Counted from the first letter of the stretch, positions 8,429-18,995 are shown. The stretch is DNA of 64,000 nucleotides from Cyanobacteria bacterium auto_48_18 (GCA_036170915.1 JAVHQC010000001.1:44972-108971), one strand, 5' to 3'. Numbers and translations: made by a program. The notes: generated by a model not told the origin, from the sequence alone.

Positions 8429-11400
8429 TTATTCAGTGACATTGAGTCTGTCCACGTTAGAGAATCCTTTGATGTTTTTGGTGTACATACCAGCCAACAT
8501 AGCCGGATTCACATTGACGCGACCAGGCAATTCCATACGCAAGAGAGTGGTGAATTCTGATTTGCCTTCTCTCAAGTTGGTTCCGAAATAAACAATCTTG
8601 TCGTCGAGCACATCCTGGTGCGTCCACCATGGTCTGCCCCAGTCGCCATCGATAGTGGTAGAGGCTGTGTCTTCTTGTACGGCGTTAGCCTGGTCATGGC
8701 TTTCCACTACTTCAGCCCCGGAAGGCAAAGCGGCTTCAACGATTACATAAGGCAGTGCTCGTGGCGTATCTACCATTACTTTCATCAAAATCGTTTCACC
8801 GGCTTTGATTGAGCTGCCGTTTAGTGGTTCAGCCTTGAGCTTAATTACACCACTGCTGGTGTCGGCAATCGACCTGAGATGATAGAACTGGCGCTCTACT
8901 TTCATATCGTCAGGCAGGTTGGCCACACCGGTGGCTCCGGCATCTGTCAAAGTTTTGTAGTAGCTTGTAGTTACTGCCCAATACAATCTGCCTTCGCCTC
9001 CGCGTGTCAGTTTGAGATTTTCTTGGGCAACCGGCAAGGTCATGGTCTTACCGGCAGTCAGTCTGTCGGCAGGAGTGAAAGTGAGATCACCGATGTTTTT
9101 ACTTTCGCCACCACTAGCAGTAAGCAAAGCTGCCAGGGTGAAATCAGAAAGTTTGCCAGCGGTGGACAGCGAGGCTTCAGCATTAAGTTCGTCAGCCAGC
9201 AGTGCTTTGAAGACTTGAGCAGTAGCTTTGGTAGAGCCCCAGCCATGCCCACCCCGCTGCAATAGCAGCCAGGCTTTAACTCGCTCAATTTTGTTGCTGT
9301 CGTTAGGGCTTAACTCGAGCACCGCAGTCAGTGCCAGAGCCGTAGTCTCTTCAGGAGTGAAGCGGTACGAATAAACCCACTGTTTTTGACCGAGCTTGGC
9401 GGCCATAGCCTTGGTGTGGTCCCAGTCGATAGTGGTATCAGTAGTATTGGCAATCACCATTAAGCGATTGAAAACACGCTGAGCAGCATCATCTTTGTGG
9501 GCCAGCTTAAGGGCACGACACAAGTAGCTCAATGCTTCCGGCCCAAGAACGCTTTGATTTTTCTCCAGGTACGCAACGGCAGCTTCATGCTCTTTTGGCA
9601 GCTTCTGTTGCCAGAGAGCCTGGGTGTAGACCATATAAGCGAGATCGGTGCGACCCTCATTATCAAACCAGTCGTTGAGCATGTGTTTAGGATCGCTTAG
9701 TTGGCCGGTGAGACTTTTCACAGCATTGGTCTGCCATGAAAGACCTTTTTTCACCATCTCATCGCTAACCGGATAGCCCACACCTTTGACCAGTTTAAGA
9801 CCATCCAAGACCAGGGCGGTCAAATAAGGATTAGTCTGGTCGCCTGCCCACCAGCCCCATCCACCGTCAGATTGCTGATACTCATTGAGTTTGGCAATGC
9901 CGATTTTATAAACTTTGGCAAATTTGGTCTGGTCAGTGGCACTGAGTGGTGCACTGAGCTTTTTGTTCAATTCGATTGCCACTACAGACGGCATCAAGCG
10001 CGACATTGTCTGCTCAGTGCATCCGTAGGGGTAATCAATTAAATCGGCAAAATTGTTCAGTACCGCGCCGATTGTAGAAGACGACAGATTGAGCGAGCGG
10101 CTCGCAGTGCCCGCCGCAGCGTCGGTAATGGCAGGAAGAGTGAGGTCGGCCACACTTTCATCTTTGAGCAAACCTGATTGAACAACGGTGACAGGAATAC
10201 CGAGAGCGTTCACCGCTATTTCTCTTTCTAATGCGTCAGCAGCTGTCTGACCTTTTGCCACCAGTTTAATTTTGGCTTTACCGAGTTGCTTAGCGCTAAT
10301 GGGCCAGTCAAAGCGAGCAGCTTTTTCAGGTTCGATGGTGAGCATCTGTTTCAGTGGTGTTTCAGTGCTCAGCTGGTCACCCATGGTCAAGTTGAGGTCA
10401 ACTTTTTGTGACTGATTAGTGTAGTTGTGCACCACTGCCGACACCATACCCTGGTCGCCCAGGCTGAAGAAGCGGGGCAGTGCCAATCTGGCAATAATGT
10501 CTTGAGTGACCATTACTTTTTCGATGGTGGCGCCCACATTAGTTTTCATATCGATACCGCGCAAAGTGGCACGCCAGGTGGTGAGGTTATCTGGCAATTT
10601 GACAATTGCTTTGGCCTCGCCTTTTTCATTGGTGAGCAGTTCAGGCACCCATGCGGCGGTATCGCGGAAGTCTTTTCTCACTTTGGGCTCTAACTTGTCT
10701 GGGCCGCCGGAATATTGTTCAGGGAATGAACATACGGTGGTGACCCAGTTAGGCAGCCGCTGGTAGAAGAATTTTTTGATGTCTGCGGCGGTTTCAGCGC
10801 GAATAGAATAAATGCTTTCGTCTACCACACCAAGCGAAAGTTCAACGTCTTTCACCGGTTTACCCAGCTGATTAACAGCCTTGATGGTATAGGTAGCATT
10901 CTCGCCCGGTTTATATTTTTCTTTGTCAGAAGCAATGGTCAAGTTGAGGAAATGGCTCTCTGGGCTGACCATCACCACTTGTTCTTGATTGTAGAACTGT
11001 TTATTTTTCGCCACCAGTGAAACGGTAACGTAGAAGTTCGGTGTGTAAGCATCTGTCACTGGAATTTCTATCAACTGCGCAGCAGAAGTTAGAGGCACGG
11101 TTTTAAAGCTGTGCAATTTGGTGCCTTCGATGCTGACAATGGCTTCCGCTCCATCAGTGCCGGTGAATGGACCGGTAATAATGAGCTTAGCTTTGTCGCC
11201 TGGTTTATAAACACGCTTGTCGAGTTTTAGTTTAAGCGGTTCTTTTTTTGCGTCTGAGGCCGCCAGCATAAATGGCCTGCTTCCACTGGCCACCCATATA
11301 GAGCTCGCATCTTGCACTTTGTGGCCGCCTTTATCTACGGCTTGAGCAATGATGTAATAGCTGTCTGAAGCCCATTTAGACTTTGTCTCTAAATCAAGAT

Positions 11401-13477
11401 GCACGTCACCTTTTTCATTGGTGGTGGCAGTTTTTTCTTCAAGGGTTTCGGCGGGGCGATATTCATATTTAAAGCGGTCATAGGGATACCGCATCAATTT
11501 CACAGAAAGCGCTGTGCTGACAGGTTTTCCTTGATAGTCGACGGCCTTAATATCGACGCCCATGGTCTGGCCTGTGGTGACAACATAATTTGTTGGTGTC
11601 ACTGCTAGCAAAAAGTCGCCGGCGGTTTCAGTGAGCGAGCCGCTGCCCACAACCGATAGCCTGCTGATGTCAGTGACTTCAGCTTCGACTTTGAGTTTTT
11701 TGTCGGCGTATTCGCTGCCGGGAGGGCCAGCAGTAACTCCTGGAGCTGTGGTGTCAAATTCTACAATCGCTTCGCCATTAGCATCGGTAACGGCGAAACC
11801 TTCCGCGCTGAAATCACCGGCGCCTTCATAATAGTCGGCGTCATACCAGTCGTCGAAGAAGCTAAAGTATTCTGGTCTATCGGTTAAACGCCAGCGTGTA
11901 TTCCAGTCGGTTGATGAATAGACGTTATATTTCACTCTGGCATTGGCCACAGGCCCGCCGAAGAAATAAGTGGCTCGTACTCTGGCTTTGCCTTTCTCGC
12001 CAGCAATGACGCGCTCGGTAATGGGCAATACTTCGACTTGATATTCGGGTTTGCGATATTGCGCAATTTCAAAGCCTTGATAGCTGGTGGTGCCATCAGC
12101 ATATTTGACTTGCACCTGATAGCCGCCGGTTTTGCCATCGGCCGGTACTTCAACCAGGCCATGGAAAGTGCCATGAGCATTGGTTTTTACTTTGAAACTC
12201 TTGAGCTGATTATTGTCTGGATCTTCAATTGAAATATCTAGTTCTTCATTGGCACCAGGATTGTTGATACCATTTTCATCAACTGCACGGCACATGCCTT
12301 TGAAATAAACTGTCTGCCCGAGGCGGTAAACAGGTCTGTCGGTATAGAAATAAGTTTTGTGCGTGTCGCTGTCAGAGCGATAATAGCTAAAGCCGCTATA
12401 TGCCTTGTTTGCGCCCATGGTGCCAAGTAGCACCAGATCATAGCTGAGGCGATCGCGAACATCTTTTGCCAGCACCAAACTGGCCATGCCATCAGCACCG
12501 GTTGTGGCATTGATTTTGCTATTAAGATCTATTTCTCCGTTGCTTCTTTGATAAATATTGAGATCAACGCCGGGCATTCCTTTTAGTGTATTTAAATTGA
12601 CTGCCTTCACGAGCGTTTTATCTGGTGCGTGCTTGATGATTAAGCCCACGTCGCTGATTGAAAACCAGGTGAGAGCTTTAGCTGTGCTGCGACCAAACAT
12701 ATCTGTGACGCGGGCTACGGCAAAATAATCACCTGCCGGCAGTGGTCCATCCATTTTGAATTGAGCTGAAGACGAATCACTGTCGTCCATGGTCAAGTCG
12801 CGTTTAAAGCTGTGTACAGGCTTGTCGTGTTCAAATGGGCTGACAAATTTTTTCGACGAATCAACATAAATGCTGAAGTCTGATGAAAGCGACATGCCGG
12901 TTGTTTTTGACTGTTTCATCAAGCTAAGAAAATCTTTTTTGTAGATTTTCACATCAGCGCTAACTGCACCAGTGGCGTTGATCCAAAAATGTGGTGCCTC
13001 TTTGGTGGTGAAAACTCTGGTGTTGGATGCGATGTTGACGGTGGGATTGAGCAAAGACAATTCCACTGTTTTGGGAAGAGTCTGAGGTGGCCCCTGGGCC
13101 ACGAATAAATTGTTGACGATGGCGGTAGAAAATCCGGGAGCACGGGCGCGCAAACTATATTCGCCCACCGGCAATTGTTCAATTTTAAAAGTGCCGTCTT
13201 TGTTCACCCAGGCGCCTCTTTCCACTGATGGACCTGAGCGCGGGCCGTTGACAAGTACAAAAACTTTATTCTGTTTCAGATCGTAAGTCTTGAGGTTAAA
13301 GCCTTTTTCTTCGAGAGCAATTTGCCCTGAAATCGAGCCCATAGGTTTGTCGAGCATCACAGCCGCCATGGCCAAAATCACTACCTGCAAACCGACAAAT
13401 ATCCAGGTGGCCAGCGGTGTGCGCCTGCCCTGGTTCTGCGATGAGAATTGCAAAGACCTGATTTCACCTGAAGACAT
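8429..13477 (-). CDS. Bacterial alpha-2-macroglobulin family protein
   Basis: YTDRPVYRLGQTV (MG2), VRKDFRDTAAW, LPDNLTTWR, thioester motif YPYGCTEQTMS, QQSDGGWGWW. Confidence 0.95.
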   Translation of the reverse strand: MSSGEIRSLQFSSQNQGRRTPLATWIFVGLQVVILAMAAVMLDKPMGSISGQIALEEKGFNLKTYDLKQNKVFVLVNGPRSGPSVERGAWVNKDGTFKIEQLPVGEYSLRARAPGFSTAIVNNLFVAQGPPQTLPKTVELSLLNPTVNIASNTRVFTTKEAPHFWINATGAVSADVKIYKKDFLSLMKQSKTTGMSLSSDFSIYVDSSKKFVSPFEHDKPVHSFKRDLTMDDSDSSSAQFKMDGPLPAGDYFAVARVTDMFGRSTAKALTWFSISDVGLIIKHAPDKTLVKAVNLNTLKGMPGVDLNIYQRSNGEIDLNSKINATTGADGMASLVLAKDVRDRLSYDLVLLGTMGANKAYSGFSYYRSDSDTHKTYFYTDRPVYRLGQTVYFKGMCRAVDENGINNPGANEELDISIEDPDNNQLKSFKVKTNAHGTFHGLVEVPADGKTGGYQVQVKYADGTTSYQGFEIAQYRKPEYQVEVLPITERVIAGEKGKARVRATYFFGGPVANARVKYNVYSSTDWNTRWRLTDRPEYFSFFDDWYDADYYEGAGDFSAEGFAVTDANGEAIVEFDTTAPGVTAGPPGSEYADKKLKVEAEVTDISRLSVVGSGSLTETAGDFLLAVTPTNYVVTTGQTMGVDIKAVDYQGKPVSTALSVKLMRYPYDRFKYEYRPAETLEEKTATTNEKGDVHLDLETKSKWASDSYYIIAQAVDKGGHKVQDASSIWVASGSRPFMLAASDAKKEPLKLKLDKRVYKPGDKAKLIITGPFTGTDGAEAIVSIEGTKLHSFKTVPLTSAAQLIEIPVTDAYTPNFYVTVSLVAKNKQFYNQEQVVMVSPESHFLNLTIASDKEKYKPGENATYTIKAVNQLGKPVKDVELSLGVVDESIYSIRAETAADIKKFFYQRLPNWVTTVCSFPEQYSGGPDKLEPKVRKDFRDTAAWVPELLTNEKGEAKAIVKLPDNLTTWRATLRGIDMKTNVGATIEKVMVTQDIIARLALPRFFSLGDQGMVSAVVHNYTNQSQKVDLNLTMGDQLSTETPLKQMLTIEPEKAARFDWPISAKQLGKAKIKLVAKGQTAADALEREIAVNALGIPVTVVQSGLLKDESVADLTLPAITDAAAGTASRSLNLSSSTIGAVLNNFADLIDYPYGCTEQTMSRLMPSVVAIELNKKLSAPLSATDQTKFAKVYKIGIAKLNEYQQSDGGWGWWAGDQTNPYLTALVLDGLKLVKGVGYPVSDEMVKKGLSWQTNAVKSLTGQLSDPKHMLNDWFDNEGRTDLAYMVYTQALWQQKLPKEHEAAVAYLEKNQSVLGPEALSYLCRALKLAHKDDAAQRVFNRLMVIANTTDTTIDWDHTKAMAAKLGQKQWVYSYRFTPEETTALALTAVLELSPNDSNKIERVKAWLLLQRGGHGWGSTKATAQVFKALLADELNAEASLSTAGKLSDFTLAALLTASGGESKNIGDLTFTPADRLTAGKTMTLPVAQENLKLTRGGEGRLYWAVTTSYYKTLTDAGATGVANLPDDMKVERQFYHLRSIADTSSGVIKLKAEPLNGSSIKAGETILMKVMVDTPRALPYVIVEAALPSGAEVVESHDQANAVQEDTASTTIDGDWGRPWWTHQDVLDDKIVYFGTNLREGKSEFTTLLRMELPGRVNVNPAMLAGMYTKNIKGFSNVDRLNVTE

Positions 13478-14060
13478 GGGCTTTTATCCTATACATCTGG
13501 CACTGTTCAGTTGGGGTTATACCAGCTTTGACTTTGCACTGCATCACTTGATAATGGGCGTCGCTGGCCTCGCCAGGTAGCAGCACCGCAGCCTTTCCGC
13601 CACTTCTGACCATGAGCCCGTCGAGCATGGGGTGCAAACTGACGTTGCGCTCCACTGGTTCTATTTGGTCAATGACGGTCACCTGCGTTTTCAACTCGGG
13701 TAATTCTTGTTTCTTAATTGGTGGGAATCGATACTCTTTGGTTAACGCGTTCTCAGTAGTAAAAATGGTGGCCGCCACCAAATTTCTTTCAGTGCCGCTA
13801 ATCTGCCCCCAACAGGCGCGGGTTTTGCCATGTTTGCTCAGTGTCACGAACAATCCTTTTGAATGCATATAAGAAGGATGGATATTTTTGCTCATAGCCT
13901 CCACAAGATTGCTCATACTTTTAGGATGGTCGCTGAAGTGATTGGCTACGGTGGTTTTTGCCACTTCCACCAGGGTGAGCGTTTTTTCGCTTTTCCCCAG
14001 CGCCGCAGCATTGAGACCCGCTGCCAGAGTAAGCGTCAATAAAAAAAGGCGTTGATGCAC
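13464..14060 (-). CDS. AMMECR1-domain protein with a predicted signal peptide
   Basis: GLFVTLSKHGKTRACWG, EYRFPPIKKQEL, DGLMV, AVLLP, CKVKAG match the AMMECR1 pattern (GxFVT..LRGCIG..RFxP..GLxx..LLP..KAG). Confidence 0.78.
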   Translation of the reverse strand: MHQRLFLLTLTLAAGLNAAALGKSEKTLTLVEVAKTTVANHFSDHPKSMSNLVEAMSKNIHPSYMHSKGLFVTLSKHGKTRACWGQISGTERNLVAATIFTTENALTKEYRFPPIKKQELPELKTQVTVIDQIEPVERNVSLHPMLDGLMVRSGGKAAVLLPGEASDAHYQVMQCKVKAGITPTEQCQMYRIKAHVFR

Positions 14061-14208
14061 GCGTACCAGACCTCGTGAGGTGTACCGCTTTCTTATACTT
14101 CACCTATTATCGACCGTTGCTTCCAAATCGTCGCCCATGATGTGTCAGAATTGCATGAGCTAGAGGTCAAATGGTTGTCAACTGCGTGTAAGTTGAGACT
14201 GAAAAATC

Positions 14209-15123
14209 ATGCCTGATATTGATAGACGTGGATTCATTCGCTCGCTGTTTGGTATTACCGGCGCGCTGCCGGTCGCCCAGCAAATGGCACACGCTCGCAC
14301 CCAGGTTTCGTTTTTCTGGTGCAATCTAAACAACGGTCAGGTAGGCTTTCCTACTGGTTTAGTAGTTCCAAAAGAACGCCCGGGCTCAATCATGAAGCTC
14401 GTTGCCGCCGCGGCCTTGATTGACGAAGGTTTGTACTCTGGCAATGAAAAATATGAATGCACAGGCACATATACAGTGGGAAAAGAAGCGGTGCATTGTC
14501 AAAATGCCCACGGGAGAATTGATTTAACCCAGGCGATTGGAAAATCTTGCAATATATTTTTCGCTCAGGCGACCAAACATTTAACTGCTCGTGGTTTTTT
14601 AGATAAGGCCAAGCAGTTTGCTCTCGATAAACCTTGTGCAGGTACGCCTTCTGGAGCATTTCCGGCTGAACCAACGCAGACGGCTTCGCTGCATTACGTG
14701 CTGGGCCTGGCACCAGATTTAACACCATCAGCATTGCAGTTGATGCGCCTGGCTGCTCTTGTTGGTATCGCCCCTGGTGCCACGCTTGCCCCTTTGCACT
14801 CGGCTGAAAATTTAGATATGAAAGCAAAAGAACCGCTTTTTACCTCACCACTTACGGCGCAGTCGCATAAAGTTCTGGCAGAGGGCATGCGCCTTTCGGC
14901 TACATCTGGAACAGCAAAGAAAATAGATGTGGACGACAAGCTCAAGGTGGCAGCTAAGACCGGCACCACCCCACATGGTAATAAATTTCAATCTTATGTA
15001 GTTGGTTATTTTCCTTACGATAAACCAGCTCACGCATTTGTGCTTTTCGCGCCTTCAGGCACTTCGCAAGATTCAGCGGTGCCTAAAGCGCGAGATTTTC
15101 TTATGTCGACTACCTGGCCTTAG
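14209..15123 (+). CDS. Stand-alone penicillin-binding transpeptidase domain protein with a Tat signal
   Basis: PGSIMK (SxxK), SCN (SxN) and KTGT motifs; N-terminal DRRGFI twin-arginine motif. Confidence 0.85.
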   Translation: MPDIDRRGFIRSLFGITGALPVAQQMAHARTQVSFFWCNLNNGQVGFPTGLVVPKERPGSIMKLVAAAALIDEGLYSGNEKYECTGTYTVGKEAVHCQNAHGRIDLTQAIGKSCNIFFAQATKHLTARGFLDKAKQFALDKPCAGTPSGAFPAEPTQTASLHYVLGLAPDLTPSALQLMRLAALVGIAPGATLAPLHSAENLDMKAKEPLFTSPLTAQSHKVLAEGMRLSATSGTAKKIDVDDKLKVAAKTGTTPHGNKFQSYVVGYFPYDKPAHAFVLFAPSGTSQDSAVPKARDFLMSTTWP

Positions 15124-15127
15124 TTTC

Positions 15128-16261
15128 GTGGAAGTATGGCGTTCTAGCAGATGGCCTTGTTTAGCTTTTCTTTTTGTGGCAATCACCTTGCGTTCGCCTG
15201 CCGCTGAAGCCTTGCCTGCTGAAGTGCATGTTAATTTATTTCAGGCTAATCACGAGCTCTCTAGACTAGCTATTGACGGACCTCACAGTTTTGACTCTGT
15301 ACACGGAAACCATAGCGAGCTTTTTGTCAACCGAAACAGCGTGGCATCAAAAGACCGGCAGGGCTTGCGCGTCTATGGCGGTCGCTGCGTGATTCGCCCA
15401 GATGGTGGGCCTCTGCTTTTATCTGACGGCAACAAAAAACGACATTATCGTGGACGCTTTGTTATCACAGTTGATCGCGGTAAATTGCGCGTGGTCAATA
15501 TTGTGGACAGCAAGTCTTATATTACCAGTGTTGTTGGTAGTGAGAGCCTGCCTGATTTTCCACTAGAAGCGTTGAAGGCGCAGGCAGTTTTAGCTTCTAC
15601 TGTTCTGGCAAAACATGCTGGTGTTGTTGGTGATACCACAGAAATTCAAGCTTACCTTGGCAGCGAGTACGAGCGCCCTCTGGCAAAACAAGCAACCGAT
15701 GCGGTGTTTGGCCAAGAACTCAAGAACAAGAGCGGATTTACTGCCACCGTCTATTATTCGTCGACATGCGCTGGTGGTACTAGCGATGCTCGCGAGATAT
15801 TTTCTGGAAAGAAGCAAAAAGATGCCAGGGTAAATCAGGTTACCTGTAATTTCTGCAAAAGTTCACCTTTTTTCAAAAGCCATGAGGTTACTTTGCCTGT
15901 GGCTACCGTAAAAGAAAAATTGGGCTATTTGCCCATTTCTATTGAAAGTTATGATGCGCAGAAGCGCCCACTGCAAGTTAAAGTGCAACGCGCTGACGGA
16001 CGCAGTTTTCAAATTTCTGGCTACGACGTCTGGCTGCGAATTGGCCAAAGGCTTGGATGGGATGTCGCACCTGGCATGCGATATAACTTTGCAATCGACA
16101 AGCAAAATCAAAATTTTGTTTTGCGCTCAACCGGCGCCGGTCACGGAGCAGGTCTTTGCCAGTGGGGTGCTGCAGCAATGGCCCTGAGCGGAAAAACCTA
16201 CAGAGAAATCCTGAAGTATTATTTCCCTGATTGTAGTTGTACGTTAGCGACCGATAAATGA
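15128..16261 (+). CDS. SpoIID/LytB domain protein (lytic transglycosylase-like)
   Basis: YRG, SVVGSE, EALKAQAV, YSSTCAGGT, GAGHGAGLCQWGA, ILKYYFP. Start at GTG 15128 is inferred. Confidence 0.88.
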   Translation: MEVWRSSRWPCLAFLFVAITLRSPAAEALPAEVHVNLFQANHELSRLAIDGPHSFDSVHGNHSELFVNRNSVASKDRQGLRVYGGRCVIRPDGGPLLLSDGNKKRHYRGRFVITVDRGKLRVVNIVDSKSYITSVVGSESLPDFPLEALKAQAVLASTVLAKHAGVVGDTTEIQAYLGSEYERPLAKQATDAVFGQELKNKSGFTATVYYSSTCAGGTSDAREIFSGKKQKDARVNQVTCNFCKSSPFFKSHEVTLPVATVKEKLGYLPISIESYDAQKRPLQVKVQRADGRSFQISGYDVWLRIGQRLGWDVAPGMRYNFAIDKQNQNFVLRSTGAGHGAGLCQWGAAAMALSGKTYREILKYYFPDCSCTLATDK

Positions 16262-16278
16262 GCTGGCCTAATCTGCAA

Positions 16279-16311
16279 GATGGGTTGGCCTGATGGGTCG
16301 GCCTGGTGGGT
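16279..16311. repeat. Imperfect 13-bp intergenic tandem repeat
   Basis: gatgggttggcct / gatgggtcggcct / ggtgggt. Confidence 0.65.
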
Positions 16312-16343
16312 ATATGAGTGTTGGATTAGTGTAAGGACAATTA

Positions 16344-17726
16344 ATGGATACTTCGGTGGCTATCGTAGCCGTAGGCGCAATCGTATTTTTGGCCCATCTT
16401 TTCGCCGTCGGCTTTGAGAAAACGCGCATTCCTGATGTATTGCCTCTGGTAATTTTAGGTGTGCTGATTGGCCCGGTTTTTCACTTTGTTAAACCTGACG
16501 ACTTTGGCCAGGTGGGCCAGGTCTTCACCACTCTCGCTCTAGTCATTATCTTGTTCTATTGCGGGCTCGAGCTTGACCTTAATTTGCTGGTGAAATCTTT
16601 TTTGCCGGCACTAAAATTGGGTCTGATAAATTTCACTGTCACTGTTGCCACTACCGTCTGGTTAGGCATGCAGGCTTTAGGTCTGGGAGCCACAGAAGGG
16701 TGCATCTTAGGCTGCATCGCTGCTGCCTGTTCGCCTCCTGTAGTCATTCCGATGTTGGCAAAGTTGCGCGCCACTGAACAAACGCGCACCATGTTGATTT
16801 TAGAGTCGACCATTTGTGAAGTGCTCGGTATTGTAGGCACTCTCGCTTTTATCAAAGTGGCCACGCAAAGCTCTGTACAACCGGTGGCAATGCTCGGTCA
16901 CATTATTGCTTCATTCATCATGGCGGCCATTATTGGTCTGGCAGCCGGAGTGCTCTGGTCGAAATTGCTCACTGTGGTGCGTCACGTCGATGACAATATT
17001 TTTTGCACCCCGGCATTTGTTTGCATAGTTTTCGGCACCGCCGAATTGTTTGATTACAGCGGCCCGGTGGCTGCTCTGGTATTCGGTCTGGTACTGGGAA
17101 ACATCAAAGAGTTGAAGTTCTTGAAGGGGCTGCGTGGCATCCACGGAGAAGCCGTAACTTTAACCTTGCAAGAAACTACATTTTTTGCCGCACTGGTGTT
17201 TTTGCTCAAGTCTTTGTTCTTTGTTTATGTTGGTCTATCAATGCAGTTCGATTCTGCGCGTCTGGCTGGCGCGGCCTTGATTCTTACTGTCTGGACACTG
17301 CTTGTGCGCCTGGTTGTGGTGCGCTTCACCACTAGCGATAAGCTTTCCATCTACGACCGCTCACTGGTATCGATAATGGTGCCCAAAGGATTAGCTGCCG
17401 CAGTACTGGCATCGTTGGTTTTACAATCGGGCGTAAATGGTGCCGCCACCATTCGCGAAGTAGCGTTCGGTGTGATTCTCTTCAGTATTGTGCTGGTGGC
17501 TTTCCTTGCGTTCTTTCTTGAGCAAGGCTGGCTTGATGCTTTCTTCACTTATGTGTTTGGTAAAAATGCCCCGCTCAAACCAGACCCTGCTCTGGTTGTC
17601 ACCGGCACTTTTTCTCACGCGTCGGCTCTTGAGGCTGCTAGAAAAACTCTGGCTGATACCGAGGCCGGTTTAAAAGTGATCAAAGACGATGGTGCTGTTA
17701 CGGAACCTTCAGACAGCGGTCATTAG
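16344..17726 (+). CDS. Cation:proton antiporter (CPA1/NhaP-like)
   Basis: About 12 TM helices; RIPDVLPLVILGVLIGP, ILESTICE, MVPKGLAAAVLA. Confidence 0.88.
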   Translation: MDTSVAIVAVGAIVFLAHLFAVGFEKTRIPDVLPLVILGVLIGPVFHFVKPDDFGQVGQVFTTLALVIILFYCGLELDLNLLVKSFLPALKLGLINFTVTVATTVWLGMQALGLGATEGCILGCIAAACSPPVVIPMLAKLRATEQTRTMLILESTICEVLGIVGTLAFIKVATQSSVQPVAMLGHIIASFIMAAIIGLAAGVLWSKLLTVVRHVDDNIFCTPAFVCIVFGTAELFDYSGPVAALVFGLVLGNIKELKFLKGLRGIHGEAVTLTLQETTFFAALVFLLKSLFFVYVGLSMQFDSARLAGAALILTVWTLLVRLVVVRFTTSDKLSIYDRSLVSIMVPKGLAAAVLASLVLQSGVNGAATIREVAFGVILFSIVLVAFLAFFLEQGWLDAFFTYVFGKNAPLKPDPALVVTGTFSHASALEAARKTLADTEAGLKVIKDDGAVTEPSDSGH

Positions 17727-17822
17727 TATGGTCGTTTGGCCTTTTCATCAGACAATACAAGACAAACTGCAAGCCCGGGCGATATCATGTATATGTCGTT
17801 AAGCAGAGGCAGGTAGGAAGGT

Positions 17823-18995
17823 ATGCAGTCCACCCGTAAAGTCGCGTCCAACCGGGCAGATCAGTTTCAAGAGTCGGTTATACGCGAAATGTCGCGGCTC
17901 TCAGCGCAGCACAAGGCCGTTAACCTGGCCCAGGGGCTTCCTGACTTCCCCTGCCCACCTGAGCTAAAAGAAGCGGTCACTCGGGCGGTTTTAGACGATG
18001 TCAACCAGTATGCCATTACCTGGGGCGACAAATTTTTAAGGCAGGCACTGGCGGATCAATTTAAAAAATTCACGGGGCTCACAGTAGAACCTGAAACCGA
18101 CATCACAGTTTGCTGTGGCGCTACAGAAGCCATGGTTGCTACCATGCTGGCACTGGTTGATGTTGATGACGAAGTAATTGTTTTCGAGCCCTTTTATGAA
18201 AACTATGGCCCTGACTCAATTTTGTGCGGTGCTAAGCCACGTTATGTGAAACTGCATGCACCTGATTGGACATTCGATGAAGCTGACCTGGCCAAAGCTT
18301 TCAACGATAAGACACGCGCCATTATCATCAATACTCCTCATAATCCTACGGGCAAAGTTTTTAGTTTGGAAGAGATGACTGCCATCGCCAAACTCTGTCA
18401 GAAACACAATGTGCTTGCATTCACTGACGAAATTTACGAACACATTTTGTATGATGGTGCCAAGCATGTCTCTATGGCCGCATTGCCAGGCATGGCTGAT
18501 TTGACAGTGACAATCAACAGTTTATCGAAGACTTACAGCGTCACCGGATGGCGGGTGGGCTGGGCAATTGCCAACGCCGAACTGACTTTGCCCATTCGCA
18601 AAGTGCACGATTTTCTCACTGTCGGATCTCCAGCACCACTTCAACGGGCTGGTGTTACCGCCATCAACATGCCAGACAAATATTATGATGAGCTCAAGGC
18701 AAAATATACCGAGCGCCGCACCATGATGCTCGATATTCTTGATGGCGTAGGCATTCCTTACTTCAAGCCGCAAGGCGCCTATTATGCCTTTTGCGATATC
18801 AGCAAACTCGGTTTTAAATCAGACATGGATTTCACCAAACATCTTGTCAAAGACATTGGTGTAGCCGTGGTGCCTGGTGGTAGTTTCTTCGGTCCTGATG
18901 CTGAAACACGCCATAACTATGTGCGGTTTTGCTTCAGCCGCAAAGAAGAAACCATGCTGGCAGCGAAAGAAAGATTAGCTAAGCTAGGAAAATAA
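17823..18995 (+). CDS. PLP-dependent aminotransferase class I/II (YbdL/kynurenine aminotransferase-like)
   Basis: NLAQGLPDF, NTPHNPTGKVF, TDEIYEH, SLSKTYSVTGWRVG. Confidence 0.93.
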   Translation: MQSTRKVASNRADQFQESVIREMSRLSAQHKAVNLAQGLPDFPCPPELKEAVTRAVLDDVNQYAITWGDKFLRQALADQFKKFTGLTVEPETDITVCCGATEAMVATMLALVDVDDEVIVFEPFYENYGPDSILCGAKPRYVKLHAPDWTFDEADLAKAFNDKTRAIIINTPHNPTGKVFSLEEMTAIAKLCQKHNVLAFTDEIYEHILYDGAKHVSMAALPGMADLTVTINSLSKTYSVTGWRVGWAIANAELTLPIRKVHDFLTVGSPAPLQRAGVTAINMPDKYYDELKAKYTERRTMMLDILDGVGIPYFKPQGAYYAFCDISKLGFKSDMDFTKHLVKDIGVAVVPGGSFFGPDAETRHNYVRFCFSRKEETMLAAKERLAKLGK

